NCBI RefSeq assembly: GCF_001457615.1
Contig: NZ_LN831024.1
Coordinates: 1,740,001-1,772,000, forward strand
DNA from: Pseudomonas aeruginosa
GTDB lineage: Bacteria; Pseudomonadota; Gammaproteobacteria; Pseudomonadales; Pseudomonadaceae
Direction: 5' to 3'
Length of the DNA stretch: 32,000 nt
Within the stretch, counting starts at the first letter, position 1, and each line of letters opens with the position of its first letter. This document shows positions 1-9,792 of the stretch, piece after piece. The notes under the pieces are model-generated. The model made no database searches. It saw only the letters and a list, made by a program, of their open reading frames with translations, and was not told where the DNA came from. The translations under genes and the position numbers were made by a program.

Positions 1-1
1 C

Positions 2-880
2 TTCCATCAGTTCCAGTACTTCGGCCTGATCAGCCCGGAGCTGATCGGCGGCTGCGCCCTGGCCCAGCTGAGCTTGCTTGGCGTCGGCTTCGTCTACCTC
101 TACCAGCCTTCCAGCGGACGCATGCTGGAGCGGCGCTTCAAGCTGCCGCTGGGGTTCGGAACCCGGTTTTCCCAGACCCCGGACGACGGCGTCTGCGAAC
201 TGCGCCAGGGGCGCAACCTGCTACGCCTGGAGAACCGTATGGCTCACCGGGAGAAACGCCTGCTGGTGGAACTCGACGATGGCACCCGCATCGACGCCTG
301 CTTCAGCGAGGAGGCGCCGAGCTTCCAGCCGATGTGCCTATGTACGCCGACCGCGGTGAACGGCTGGGTCTACGCGCAGAAGGTGGCCGGCGTGCGCTGT
401 CGCGGCGACGTGCGCAGCGCCCTCGGCGACCACGACCTGCAGGCGCTGGACGCCTTCGCCCATCACGACTGGTCGGCGGGCTACATGCGCCCGGAAACCT
501 TCTGGAACTGGGCTTGCCTGTCCGGCGAGGCGGACGGCTTGCGGGTCGGCCTGAACCTGTCGTGCGGAGTCAACGAGACCAGCTTCACCGAGAACTGCTA
601 CTGGCTGGACGGCGAACTGCTGAAGGTCGACAGCGTGCGCTTCGACTTCGACCGCGACCAGCCGCTGCGGCCCTGGACCATCCGTTCATACGATGGCCAG
701 GTGGAGCTGCGCTTCGAGGCTCACGGCATGCATCAGGAGCGGCTGAACCTCGGTCTGCTGGCGAGCAACTTCAAGCAGATATTCGGTTGTTTCAGCGGTG
801 TGCTGCGTCCGCGAGGTCGTGCCGAGGTGAGGATCGAGCGGCTCTGGGGCTTCGTCGAGGACCAGTACGCGAAGTGGTAG
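2..880 (+). CDS. DUF2804-like hypothetical protein, 5'-truncated by the window edge
   Basis: The frame is open from nt 2 (FHQFQYFGLISPELIGGCALAQLS...) through the track ORF starting at TTG 74. Conserved-looking C-terminus RPWTIRSYDGQVELRFEAHG...NLGLLASNFKQIFGCFSGVL. Family assigned from memory. Confidence 0.7.
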   Translation, partial: FHQFQYFGLISPELIGGCALAQLSLLGVGFVYLYQPSSGRMLERRFKLPLGFGTRFSQTPDDGVCELRQGRNLLRLENRMAHREKRLLVELDDGTRIDACFSEEAPSFQPMCLCTPTAVNGWVYAQKVAGVRCRGDVRSALGDHDLQALDAFAHHDWSAGYMRPETFWNWACLSGEADGLRVGLNLSCGVNETSFTENCYWLDGELLKVDSVRFDFDRDQPLRPWTIRSYDGQVELRFEAHGMHQERLNLGLLASNFKQIFGCFSGVLRPRGRAEVRIERLWGFVEDQYAKW

Positions 881-954
881 ACAGGGCCTGGCCTGGGCAT
901 ATCGTGCGACAATTTGTCATTGTACGGGGGGGAATTGGACGGGCATTATTAGCC

Positions 955-969
955 GACTAATAATTAGTC
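955..969. promoter_or_regulatory. Perfect inverted repeat GACTAAT-A-ATTAGTC, candidate MarR operator
   Basis: 7-bp arms with a 1-nt centre, ending 28 nt before the marR-like ATG. Confidence 0.4.
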
Positions 970-997
970 AAATGAAATATCGGACCTCCTTTTTCCT

Positions 998-1432
998 ATG
1001 GCTCAGACAGACAAGCACTATTTCGGCACCTTGCTAGCCCAGACTTCCCGTGCTTGGCGCGCTGAACTCGACCGCCGCCTCAGTCACCTCGGCCTGTCCC
1101 AGGCGCGCTGGTTGGTGTTGTTGCATCTGGCGCGCCATCGCGATTCGCCCACCCAGCGCGAGTTGGCCCAATCGGTCGGGGTCGAAGGCCCGACCCTGGC
1201 GCGGCTGCTCGACGGCCTCGAGTCCCAGGGCCTGGTACGGCGCCTGGCGGTGGCGGAGGACCGGCGGGCCAAGCACATCGTGCTGACTCCCAAGGCCGAT
1301 GTGCTGATCGCCGATATCGAGGCCATCGCCGCCAGCGTTCGCAACGACGTACTGACCGGCATCGACGAGTCCGAGCAGGCGCTGTGCCAGCAGGTGCTCT
1401 TGCGAATCCTGGCGAACCTGGAAAAGCGCTGA
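998..1432 (+). CDS. MarR-family transcriptional regulator
   Basis: 144 aa with winged helix-turn-helix pattern (LSQARWLVLLHLARHRDSPTQRELAQSVGVEGPTLARLLDGLESQGLVRRLAVAEDRRAKHIVLT). Confidence 0.92.
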   Translation: MAQTDKHYFGTLLAQTSRAWRAELDRRLSHLGLSQARWLVLLHLARHRDSPTQRELAQSVGVEGPTLARLLDGLESQGLVRRLAVAEDRRAKHIVLTPKADVLIADIEAIAASVRNDVLTGIDESEQALCQQVLLRILANLEKR

Positions 1433-1485
1433 GCACTGCGTCACGAAATTCCGCTAGAATCGCCATTTTTATGGCATCACCTCCT

Positions 1486-1539
1486 GGGCTTTCGTCCGAA
1501 AGCCCTCTACAGAGGTTTTCGTCGGTTTTCTGACGAAAA
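1486..1539. promoter_or_regulatory. Three consecutive inverted repeats, possible terminator or structured leader
   Basis: GGGCTTTCG-TC-CGAAAGCCC (1486-1505), CCTCT-AC-AGAGG then TTTT (1504-1519), TTTTCGTC-N8-GACGAAAA (1516-1539). Confidence 0.45.
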
Positions 1540-1708
1540 ATCTTGACCGTTTCCACGGCATTCCTCTATTCAGTGATGGCAAAAAGCCATGTCTTGCGCC
1601 ATGTGGTGCGTTCAGCCCTGTACGGGGCGAAATTCGGGCTAACGTGAAATAGATGTAGCAGTCGACCGCTGGCCGGCTGTGTGCTCGAAGTGCGGAGAAA
1701 AGAACGGA

Positions 1709-3760
1709 ATGCCCGGTAAAGCCTTGCGTGTCATGTTGTGTGCCTGGTCGTGCCTGTTGGCCGGGCAGGCGAGCGCCCTGGGAGTGGGAGACATCACCCT
1801 GCATTCGGCGCTCAACCAGCCGCTGGATGCGGATATCGAACTGCTCGACGTCGGCGATCTCGGCGCGGACGAGATCGAGGTCCGCCTGGCGGGCGCCGAC
1901 GTCTTCGCCGCGGCCGGGGTGGAACGCTTGCAGTTCCTCAACGAGCTGCGTTTCAGTCCGGTGCTCCAGGGGCGCGGTGGCAATCGCATCCATGTGTCCT
2001 CGATCCGACCGGTGCAGGAGCCCTACCTGAATTTCCTGGTGGAGGTGGCCCGCCCCAACGGCCGCATCGTCCGCGAATTCACCGTACTGCTCGATCCGCT
2101 CGGTTATACGCCGCGCATGCTTCCGGCCGCGCGCAGCGGGATCGAGCCGCAGCGGCAATCCTCGACGCCGGCGCCCGCGCCGCGTAGTGCCGCGGCCGTC
2201 GTAGACCCGGCACTGCTGGAGCCGGGCGACGAATACCTGGCTCGCCCCAACGACAACCTCTGGGCCATCAGCGGACGCCTGCGTGGTGCCGGCAACGCCG
2301 ATCGCGCGCAACTCATGGAGGCTCTGTACCAGCTCAATCCGCAGGCCTTCGTCAATGCCGACCGGCACCGGCTCAAGGCCGGCGCGCGCCTGCGCCTGCC
2401 GGCCGGCTACCAGCCGGAGCGAGGCGCGCCCGGCGCCGTGAAGGAGGCGGCCGTGGAAGTCCTGCCGCCAGCCGATGCCGCCGTGGTGGAAAACGCTCCG
2501 GCGGCTCTCGTCGAGGCGCAGCGCCAGGCGGATGCCGAGGCCGAGGCGTTGGCCCGGCAACGGGAGGAACTGAGCCAGCGGATGGACGATCTGCAACGCC
2601 AGTTGCAGGCCTTGCAGGAACAACTGCAGCAGCGCGATCGCCAGGTCGCCGAACTGCAACAGCAACTGGCCCGGCGCCAGGCGGTGCGGCCCGCGGCGCC
2701 GCCGCCCGCCGCGGCCGCGCCTTCGGTTGCGCAACCGGTTGAAACGCCGACGGACTCGCAGTACTGGCGCTGGATGATCGTCCTGCTGCTGGTCCTCGCT
2801 CTGCTCGGCGTGTTGCTGTTGCGTCGCCGCCGCGAAGAGGCTCCTGTCCCGGCGGTCGAACCGAAGCGCCGGGTCGCCCTGAACCTGCCGCTGCGGCGTG
2901 CGCCGCGCCCCCCGGCGGCCGCACCGGCGCCGGCAAAGGTCGAGGAACAGGCCAGGCCGCCGGTCGCCGCTCCCTCCAGCCCGCCGCCGTCTCCTCCGCC
3001 TGCTCCGGCCGCCGCTCCGCGCGCCGCCATGGCTGCGGCGGACAAGCTGGACGGCGCCGACATCTATATCGCCTACGGTCGCTACGGACAGGCCCGCGAC
3101 CTGCTGCGTCAGGTACTCGCCGAGCAGCCGCAGCGCCTGAGCGCGCGGATGAAGCTGTTGCTGGTGCTGGCTGAGCTGGGCGATGCGGCCGGCTTCGACG
3201 CGCTGGCCGAGGAAACCCTGGCCAGTGGCGGCAACCCGGAGGCCATCGACGAGTTGCGCGGACGCTACCCGGCGCTGCTACAGATGCCGGCGACCGAGAC
3301 GCCGGCGGCAACAACCAAGGACGACGACTGGAGCGACCTGCCGCTGGCCGAGCCGCCCGTTTTGCAGCAACCGGATGCGACCTCGGGCGCCGACGGCTTC
3401 GGCGACCTCAACCTCGATCTCGATCTCGACTGGGGCGCCCTGGAGAATCCCCTGGACAACCCCGACCTGCCGCGCCGCGCCGCTGCCGGCAAGGCGGAAC
3501 CGGCGGAGGAGGAGCCCCTGGCGTTCGAGAGCAATCTCCATGAACTGCCGGATGTCGCCGAGTACGAACACCTCGAACTCGACCAGCCAGAGCCGGCCAC
3601 GGTGCCGCCGGAGGAGGCTTCGGCCAGCCTGGACCGGGCCCGCGCCTGCATCGACAGCGGCGATCTCGACCAGGCCAGCCGCATCCTGCGCCTGGTGGTG
3701 GCGCACGGCGACCCGTGGCAGAAGGCCGAGGCGCGCGAGTTGCTGGCGCTGATCGCCTGA
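1709..3760 (+). CDS. FimV-like protein: signal peptide, FimV N-terminal domain, LysM-like segment, coiled coil, TM helix, acidic C-terminus
   Basis: ATG 1709 gives 683 aa. N-term SCLLAGQASALGVGDITLHSALNQPLDADIELL. LysM-like DNLWAISGRL...LKAGARLRLP. Coiled coil QREELSQRMDDLQRQLQALQEQLQQ. TM WRWMIVLLLVLALLGVLLLRRRR. Confidence 0.88.
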   Translation: MPGKALRVMLCAWSCLLAGQASALGVGDITLHSALNQPLDADIELLDVGDLGADEIEVRLAGADVFAAAGVERLQFLNELRFSPVLQGRGGNRIHVSSIRPVQEPYLNFLVEVARPNGRIVREFTVLLDPLGYTPRMLPAARSGIEPQRQSSTPAPAPRSAAAVVDPALLEPGDEYLARPNDNLWAISGRLRGAGNADRAQLMEALYQLNPQAFVNADRHRLKAGARLRLPAGYQPERGAPGAVKEAAVEVLPPADAAVVENAPAALVEAQRQADAEAEALARQREELSQRMDDLQRQLQALQEQLQQRDRQVAELQQQLARRQAVRPAAPPPAAAAPSVAQPVETPTDSQYWRWMIVLLLVLALLGVLLLRRRREEAPVPAVEPKRRVALNLPLRRAPRPPAAAPAPAKVEEQARPPVAAPSSPPPSPPPAPAAAPRAAMAAADKLDGADIYIAYGRYGQARDLLRQVLAEQPQRLSARMKLLLVLAELGDAAGFDALAEETLASGGNPEAIDELRGRYPALLQMPATETPAATTKDDDWSDLPLAEPPVLQQPDATSGADGFGDLNLDLDLDWGALENPLDNPDLPRRAAAGKAEPAEEEPLAFESNLHELPDVAEYEHLELDQPEPATVPPEEASASLDRARACIDSGDLDQASRILRLVVAHGDPWQKAEARELLALIA

Positions 3761-3767
3761 ACTCCGC

Positions 3768-5954
3768 TCAGAAGTTCTGCCCGAGGTTCAGGTAGAACGC
3801 CTTGAAGTTCTCGTCGTTGATCCCGTAGCTGAAGGTCAGCGGCCCCAGCGGCGTATCGAAGCCGATCATCAGGCTGGCGGCGTTGATGTAGCCGCTGTCG
3901 TATTCGTTGTCGTTGTTCCAGATGCGTCCGCGCTCGATGCTGCCGCCCAGGTACAGCGGGAAGTCCAGCGGCAGGAAGGAACGTTCGGTGAGGCGCCGGT
4001 AATAGACGATCCGTCCCAGGCTGTAGTTCTGCCCGGACAGCGCGTCGCGGCGGAAGCCCGACAGCTCGCGGGCGCCGCCGAGGGTGAAGCTGGAGGTGAC
4101 CACCTCGGCGTCGTCCAGGGTGCGCCCGTAGCCGCCGCCGAACACCCAGGTGTCGGCGCCGAAGCTGAGCGCCTTGTTCAGCCGCAGGTCCCACTGCCGG
4201 TAGCTGTCGTCCGAGCCGAGGGACTTGTCGTAGCGGCGCATGGTCAGGCCGATCTCCTCGCCCTCGTGGGGGAAATTGACGTCGTCGACGGTATCGAACG
4301 AGTACTTCAGTTCGTAGTAGCCCTCGGTGAAGTCGATGTCCGGCAGGCTCGGGTCGCCGATGCGCACGTCGGCCTTGCCGTAGGCCTGCACCGCGCCCAG
4401 GCGGATTTCGCCGTTGTTGGCGATCTGCCGGCCGACGTTGAGGCCGTAGCCGTAGCGCTCCAGGCGATAGCGCAGCAGCGGGTCGTTGTCCTCGGTGACG
4501 TCGACGTTCTGTGCCTCGTGGAACAGGAAGGGCGCGACGAAGTAGCGCGAGCCGACGTCGAGCGGCTGGTAGAACTCGCTGTAGAGTTCCTGGCGGTCGC
4601 CGAGCTGGACCCGGGTCAGCCACTCGGCGCCGAGCCGGTTGAGGCCGTTCATGCGGTAGCTGCCGCCGAGGTTGAAGGTGCTTTCGCCGCGCATGTCGTC
4701 GGACAGGTTGAGGCCCAGGCGAAGGAAGTCGGTGCCGCCTTTCTTGCCGGTGGCGTGGATCACCAGGGTGTTGAGCTTCTTCTCCTTGACCACCCGGTAC
4801 TGCACCTGGTCGAAGTAGTCGAGGCCGTAGAGGGTGCTCATGTCGTCCTGCAGGCGGCCGAGGTCGAGGCGCGTGCCGAGCGGCTGGCGGATGTAGTGGC
4901 GGATCACCTCGTCGCTGACCTTCGAGTTGTTCTCCACGCGGATCGCGTCGATCACCGGCTTGCGCTGGTTCGGCGTGCGCGCCACGTCGAGCGCTTCGCT
5001 GTTGAGGTCCTTCGGCTTGCGCAACTCGGCGAGGCGCGCGGCGAGCACCGTGGTGGCGCGGTAGCCGGCGTCGATCAGTTGCGGCACGCGGCCGAAGTCG
5101 GTGGTGCCGTAGCCGGACAGCGGCGGCTGGATCAGCACGTCGCCGGGCTTGAGCGTGGCCAGCTGGGCTTCGGAGTTCTTCCGGGTCATCAGGGTGATCG
5201 ACTGGTTCATCACGTCGAGCACGGTGCTCAGGTCCTTGCGGTCGCGCAGCGGGTTGCCGATGTCGACCACGATCACCACGTCCACGCCCATGTCGCGCGC
5301 CACGTCCACCGGGATGTTGTCGACCATGCCACCATCCACCAGCAGCCTGCCGTCGATCTCCACCGGGGCGAACACGGCGGGGATCGACATGCTGGCGCGG
5401 ATCGCCTGGGGCAGGTGGCCCTTGCGGAACACCACTTTCTCGCCGGTTGCGATATCGGTGGAGACGGCGCGGAAGGGGATCGCCAGCTTGTCGAAGTCGC
5501 GGTTGTCGCTGGTGTGCACCAGCAGGCTTTCCAGCACCATCGCCAGGTTCTGGCCCTGGATCACCCCCAGCGGCAGGCCGAGGGTGCCGTCGTCGCGGAA
5601 GCTGATCTTCTGCTTGACCAGGAAGTCGCGGTCGTCCTGCTTGCGCCGGAACGGCACGTCCTTGCGCGGCGGCGCGTCGGACAGCGCCTGCTGCCAGTCC
5701 ATCTCCAGGGCGATGCGCTCCAGTTCGGCGGGGGTGTAGCCGGAGGCGTACAGGCCGCCGACCACCGCGCCCATGCTGGTGCCGGCGATGGCGTCGATCT
5801 GGATGCCCTGTTCGTCGAGGGCCTTGAGCACGCCGATATGGGCCAGGCCGCGGGCGGCACCGCCGGAGAGGACCAGACCGATCTTCGGCCGGGCCTCCGC
5901 GGCGAGGGCGGACAGGGGAAGCAGGAGCAGCAGTACGAGCAGCAGGCGGCGCAT
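3768..5954 (-). CDS. plpD: Patatin-like phospholipase with POTRA and 16-strand-type beta-barrel (PlpD, type Vd autotransporter)
   Basis: 728 aa. N-term signal, GLVLSGGAARGLAHIGVLKAL, GTSMG nucleophile elbow, DGGMVDNIP, surface-antigen-type barrel and terminal Phe (NLGQNF*). Confidence 0.93.
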   Translation of the reverse strand: MRRLLLVLLLLLPLSALAAEARPKIGLVLSGGAARGLAHIGVLKALDEQGIQIDAIAGTSMGAVVGGLYASGYTPAELERIALEMDWQQALSDAPPRKDVPFRRKQDDRDFLVKQKISFRDDGTLGLPLGVIQGQNLAMVLESLLVHTSDNRDFDKLAIPFRAVSTDIATGEKVVFRKGHLPQAIRASMSIPAVFAPVEIDGRLLVDGGMVDNIPVDVARDMGVDVVIVVDIGNPLRDRKDLSTVLDVMNQSITLMTRKNSEAQLATLKPGDVLIQPPLSGYGTTDFGRVPQLIDAGYRATTVLAARLAELRKPKDLNSEALDVARTPNQRKPVIDAIRVENNSKVSDEVIRHYIRQPLGTRLDLGRLQDDMSTLYGLDYFDQVQYRVVKEKKLNTLVIHATGKKGGTDFLRLGLNLSDDMRGESTFNLGGSYRMNGLNRLGAEWLTRVQLGDRQELYSEFYQPLDVGSRYFVAPFLFHEAQNVDVTEDNDPLLRYRLERYGYGLNVGRQIANNGEIRLGAVQAYGKADVRIGDPSLPDIDFTEGYYELKYSFDTVDDVNFPHEGEEIGLTMRRYDKSLGSDDSYRQWDLRLNKALSFGADTWVFGGGYGRTLDDAEVVTSSFTLGGARELSGFRRDALSGQNYSLGRIVYYRRLTERSFLPLDFPLYLGGSIERGRIWNNDNEYDSGYINAASLMIGFDTPLGPLTFSYGINDENFKAFYLNLGQNF

Positions 5955-6022
5955 GAGAACGATCCGGAGCCGGGTGAAAAGGCGGCTATTATAGGCGCGA
6001 CCGTTTCCCCTGAGCCGCCGAC

Positions 6023-6313
6023 ATGCCCACCGCCAAGCCCGAAATCGTCATCACCTATTGCACCCAGTGCCAGTGGCTGCTGCGTGCCGCCTGGCTGGCC
6101 CAGGAACTGCTCAGCACCTTCGCCGACGATCTCGGAAAAGTCTGCCTGGAGCCCGGAACCGGTGGCGTCTTCCGCATCACCTGCGACGGCGTGCAGGTCT
6201 GGGAGCGCAAGGCCGACGGCGGCTTCCCCGAGGCCAAGGCGCTCAAGCAGCGGGTTCGTGACCGCATCGACCCGCAACGCGACCTCGGTCACAACGATCG
6301 TCCTTCCCGCTGA
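6023..6313 (+). CDS. SelT/SelW/SelH (Rdx) family small redox-like protein
   Basis: 96 aa; [26 protein letters not shown] with CxxC; [31 protein letters not shown]. Confidence 0.85.
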   Translation: MPTAKPEIVITYCTQCQWLLRAAWLAQELLSTFADDLGKVCLEPGTGGVFRITCDGVQVWERKADGGFPEAKALKQRVRDRIDPQRDLGHNDRPSR

Positions 6314-6408
6314 ACCGCTGCCGTCCGCCCATGGCTTGTTGCAGGTCAACGGGCGGCACGGCGCATAGGCATAGCCTGGGGGCATTCATCCTGTCGAAGG
6401 GAGTGCCC

Positions 6409-7401
6409 ATGAGCATCATCGTCACCGGCGCCGCCGGCTTCATCGGCAGCAATCTGCTGCAGGCGCTGAACCGGCGCGGCGAGACCGACATCATCGCGGT
6501 GGACGATCTCACCGACGGCGAGCAGTTCCGCAACCTGGCGGACGCCGATATCGCCGACTACCTGGACCAGAACGACTTCCTCGAGCGTTACGCCCGCGGC
6601 GACTTCGGCACGGTCCGCGCGCTGTTCCACCAGGGCGCCTGCGCCAGCACCCTGGAAAGCAATGGCCGCTACATGATGGAGAACAACTACCGCTACAGTT
6701 GCCGCCTGCTGGAAAGCAGCCTGGAACTCGGCGTGCCGTTCCTCTACGCCTCGTCGGCGGCGGTCTACGGCGCCGGCCGGACCTTCCGCGAGGCGCGCCA
6801 GTACGAGCGGCCGCTGAACGTCTACGGCTATTCCAAGTTCCTCTTCGACCAGCGTGTGCGGCGGGCGCTGCCGCAGGCGCGCAGCCAGGTGATCGGCCTG
6901 CGTTACTTCAACGTCTACGGGCCGCGCGAGGAACACAAGGGGCGGATGGCCTCGGTGGCCTACCACTGCTACCAGCAATTGCGCCGCGACGGGCGGGTCG
7001 AACTGTTCGGCGAACACGGCGGCTTCCCGCCCGGCGGCCACCTGCGCGACTTCGTCGCGGTGGAGGACGTGGCGCGGGTAAACCTGCATTTCTTCGACCA
7101 TCCGCAGCGTTCGGGAATCTTCAACCTCGGCAGCGGCCAGGCACGGACCTTCAACGAGGTCGCCCTGGCGGTGATCAATAGCGTCCGCGCCAACGCCGAC
7201 CAGCCGCCCCTGTCGCTGCAACAGGCCGTGGAAAGCGGCCTGCTCGGCTACCGCGAGTTCCCCGAGTCGCTGCGGGCGCGCTACCAGAGCCATACCTGCG
7301 CCGACCTGGAGCTGCTGCGCGAGGCGGGCTACCGCGACGATTTCCAGAGCCTGGAAGAGGGCGTCGCCGGCTACTGCCGCTGGCTGGCGCGCAGCGCCTG
7401 A
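6409..7401 (+). CDS. hldD: ADP-L-glycero-D-manno-heptose-6-epimerase
   Basis: 330 aa from ATG 6409 ([24 protein letters not shown]), Rossmann GxxGxx[15 protein letters not shown] (YxxxK), [20 protein letters not shown]. Also called rfaD. Confidence 0.92.
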   Translation: MSIIVTGAAGFIGSNLLQALNRRGETDIIAVDDLTDGEQFRNLADADIADYLDQNDFLERYARGDFGTVRALFHQGACASTLESNGRYMMENNYRYSCRLLESSLELGVPFLYASSAAVYGAGRTFREARQYERPLNVYGYSKFLFDQRVRRALPQARSQVIGLRYFNVYGPREEHKGRMASVAYHCYQQLRRDGRVELFGEHGGFPPGGHLRDFVAVEDVARVNLHFFDHPQRSGIFNLGSGQARTFNEVALAVINSVRANADQPPLSLQQAVESGLLGYREFPESLRARYQSHTCADLELLREAGYRDDFQSLEEGVAGYCRWLARSA

Positions 7402-7411
7402 GGGATCCTGC

Positions 7412-8578
7412 TCAGCGGCCCAGTGCCCCGCCTACCGGGGCGCGGGCGAAGCGCAGCTCCGGCAGCAGGGTCAGCAGCGCCAGTACTCCGAGGGCCGCGC
7501 CGACCCAGAGCGCGCCCTGCAGGCCGAATCCGCCGGCGATGCCCAGGCCGCCGATCCAGGAACCGGCCATCACGCCGAGCATGATGCAGGCGGTGTGCAC
7601 CGAGTTGACCAGCATGTTGTTATGGCCGACCCGTGCGCCGCGGGTCACCAGCGCCGGGTTCATCGACACCCCGGTCAGGCCGATCACCACCAGCGCCGCC
7701 ACCGCCACCGCCGGAACCTGTCCGAACAGGGCGAAGGCCACCATCGCGGCGATGGCCGCCAGCAGGCCGAAGGCCAGGACCGCGATGGTATGGCGGTCGG
7801 CCAGGCGGCCGACGATGTTGTTGCCCACCAGCGTCGCCAGGCCGTAGACCACCAGCAGCAGCGGTACGGTCGAGGCGGAGAAGCCGCTGACCTCGGTGAG
7901 GATCGGCACGAAATAGGTGAAGCCGGCGAAGGTGGCGCCGATCAGCAGCAGGCTGGTGGCGTAGACCCACCATAGATGGGCGTTCCTGAACACCTTCAGT
8001 TCCTCGCGCAGCGAGCCGCTGCCCGCCGACCCCGGGATCGCCGGCATCAGCTGCAACACCAGCAGGCCGACCAGCACCGCCACCAGCGCCACCGCGAAGA
8101 AGCTCGCGCGCCAGCCGTACCATTCGCCCAGCCAGGTGGCGACGGGCAGGCCGAGCACGGTGCCGACCATCAGGCCACCGAGCACCAGCGACGACGCGCG
8201 GCCGAACTGGTTGCCTTCGACCAGTTCGGCGCAGGCGGTCAGCGCCACGCCGAAGAAGGCCGCGGCGGCGACCGCGGTGACCAGTCGCGCCGCGACCATC
8301 ACCGCATAGCCCGGCGCCAGGGCGCCGATGACCTGGCCGACCACGAACAGCGCGATCAGGCCGAGCAGGGCGTTCTTGCGCGGCACCCGGAGCAGGGCGG
8401 TGGTCAACAGCGGGCCGCCGACGGCCATCGCACCGGCGTAGAAGGTGACCAGGTAGCCGATCGCGGCGAAGGACACGCCGAATTCGGCGGCCAGCGCCGG
8501 CATCAGCCCGGCGACCATGTATTCGCTGGTGGTCAGGGCGAAGATCGCGGCACCGAGCACGTAGACAATCAAAGGCAT
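7412..8578 (-). CDS. MFS transporter, drug/sugar efflux type, probably the exporter of the adjacent cluster
   Basis: 388 aa, multiple TM helices: MPLIVYVLGAAIFALTTSEYMVAGLMPALAAEFGVS ... GALAPGYAVMVAARLVTAVAAAAFFGVALT. Confidence 0.88.
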   Translation of the reverse strand: MPLIVYVLGAAIFALTTSEYMVAGLMPALAAEFGVSFAAIGYLVTFYAGAMAVGGPLLTTALLRVPRKNALLGLIALFVVGQVIGALAPGYAVMVAARLVTAVAAAAFFGVALTACAELVEGNQFGRASSLVLGGLMVGTVLGLPVATWLGEWYGWRASFFAVALVAVLVGLLVLQLMPAIPGSAGSGSLREELKVFRNAHLWWVYATSLLLIGATFAGFTYFVPILTEVSGFSASTVPLLLVVYGLATLVGNNIVGRLADRHTIAVLAFGLLAAIAAMVAFALFGQVPAVAVAALVVIGLTGVSMNPALVTRGARVGHNNMLVNSVHTACIMLGVMAGSWIGGLGIAGGFGLQGALWVGAALGVLALLTLLPELRFARAPVGGALGR

Positions 8579-8669
8579 GTTTCCAGCTCCCGAGCGGTTC
8601 AGACGACGATGAAGCGAGCCACGGCGACCTGCCCGTGCCGTGGCCGCGCGATGAATGCACGACGGCGAC

Positions 8670-9482
8670 TCATGCCGCCGACGAACCGAAGCCCTGGTCG
8701 GCCCCTTCGGGCAGCACCGTCACGCAGTGGGCGAACAGGTTCGAAGCGCTGCGCACCACGGTCAGCCCGCACTCGGCGAGCAGGGCGTGGAGGCAGGCGC
8801 GTGAATACGAGCGCGAGTAGAAGCCGTCGCTGCCGGTGAACACGGTGCCGTCGTCCCGCGTGTGCAACTCCAGGCCCTGCACCCCGCAACGGCGGTAGTA
8901 GCTCTGGCGGACGCGGGTGGCCTCGGCGCTGTCGCCGAACACCGAGACCACCGCCGCCACGCTGCGCTCGGCGAGGGAGTCGAGCAGCCGTTTCGGCTCG
9001 CGGAAGTTGCCCAGCAGGTTGAACGGCAGCAGGTACAGCGCGCGCGAGCCGACCGAGGCACCGCGCCTGGTGTGGTTGAGGATGTCGTCGACCACCGTGT
9101 CCGCGCGATCGCTCATGCCCTCGCGCTCGATCCGCGTGCGCAGCGTCTCGATCGCCCGCTGGTCGAGGTCGACGCCGAGATAGCGGGCATTGAGCAGGCG
9201 CGCGATTTCCAGCGCCCGGCCGTCGTAGCAGCCTAGCTCGACCAGTGCGTCGCAGCGCAGGTAGGCCATCGCCTCGAAGGTCATCAGGCTTTCCATTTGC
9301 AACAACGGCAGCACGTCGTCCGGAAAGTTGGCCAGGGTCATTATCGTCCTCGGTCCGAACTCCAGCTCGTAGAAAGCCGACTCCCGATGCGTCCCGATCG
9401 TGAGATCCATGTTCTGACTCACCTCTTCCTCCAGCGAATCTCGCTCTGGTGTTGGTTGATCGAAGGCGATGCGCGTTCCCAT
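8670..9482 (-). CDS. azeJ: SAM-dependent methyltransferase-fold protein, AzeJ-type azetidine-2-carboxylate-forming cyclase
   Basis: Motif [33 protein letters not shown]; position in the NRPS cluster matches my memory of azeJ. The start could be internal. Confidence 0.75.
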   Translation of the reverse strand: MGTRIAFDQPTPERDSLEEEVSQNMDLTIGTHRESAFYELEFGPRTIMTLANFPDDVLPLLQMESLMTFEAMAYLRCDALVELGCYDGRALEIARLLNARYLGVDLDQRAIETLRTRIEREGMSDRADTVVDDILNHTRRGASVGSRALYLLPFNLLGNFREPKRLLDSLAERSVAAVVSVFGDSAEATRVRQSYYRRCGVQGLELHTRDDGTVFTGSDGFYSRSYSRACLHALLAECGLTVVRSASNLFAHCVTVLPEGADQGFGSSAA

Positions 9483-9539
9483 GTCCCGGCACCGCCTTCG
9501 CCTGGCAGAGAAGTGACGGAACGCCGGCGTTCGCTGGCC

Positions 9540-9779
9540 TCAGGCGGCGCGGTGCTTCTCGACCAGCTGGAACAGTTCGTCCACCGTTTCCAGCAGGTCG
9601 AGTTCGTCGTCGACCCCGGTGACGCCGAACTCCTTGCGCAGCTTCAGCGACAGCTCGCTGACCACCAGCGAATCGAAAGCCAGGTCTTCCATCCTGCTGT
9701 CCCGGCTGATTTCCTCCTTCGGCACGCCGCTGGCGACGCTGAGCACGGTGAGGAGATGGTCTTCCATGTCGTTGGGCAT
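9540..9779 (-). CDS. Acyl carrier protein
   Basis: 79 aa with phosphopantetheine Ser context LAFDSLVVSELSLKLRKEFG. Confidence 0.9.
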   Translation of the reverse strand: MPNDMEDHLLTVLSVASGVPKEEISRDSRMEDLAFDSLVVSELSLKLRKEFGVTGVDDELDLLETVDELFQLVEKHRAA

Positions 9780-9792
9780 TGTTCTTCCCTCT

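Noticed and set aside
4266-6368. 700-aa plus-strand ORF opposite plpD, running into the SelT/W-like gene.
   Set aside because: Same GC shadow effect; plpD has signal peptide, GTSMG, DG dyad and terminal Phe.
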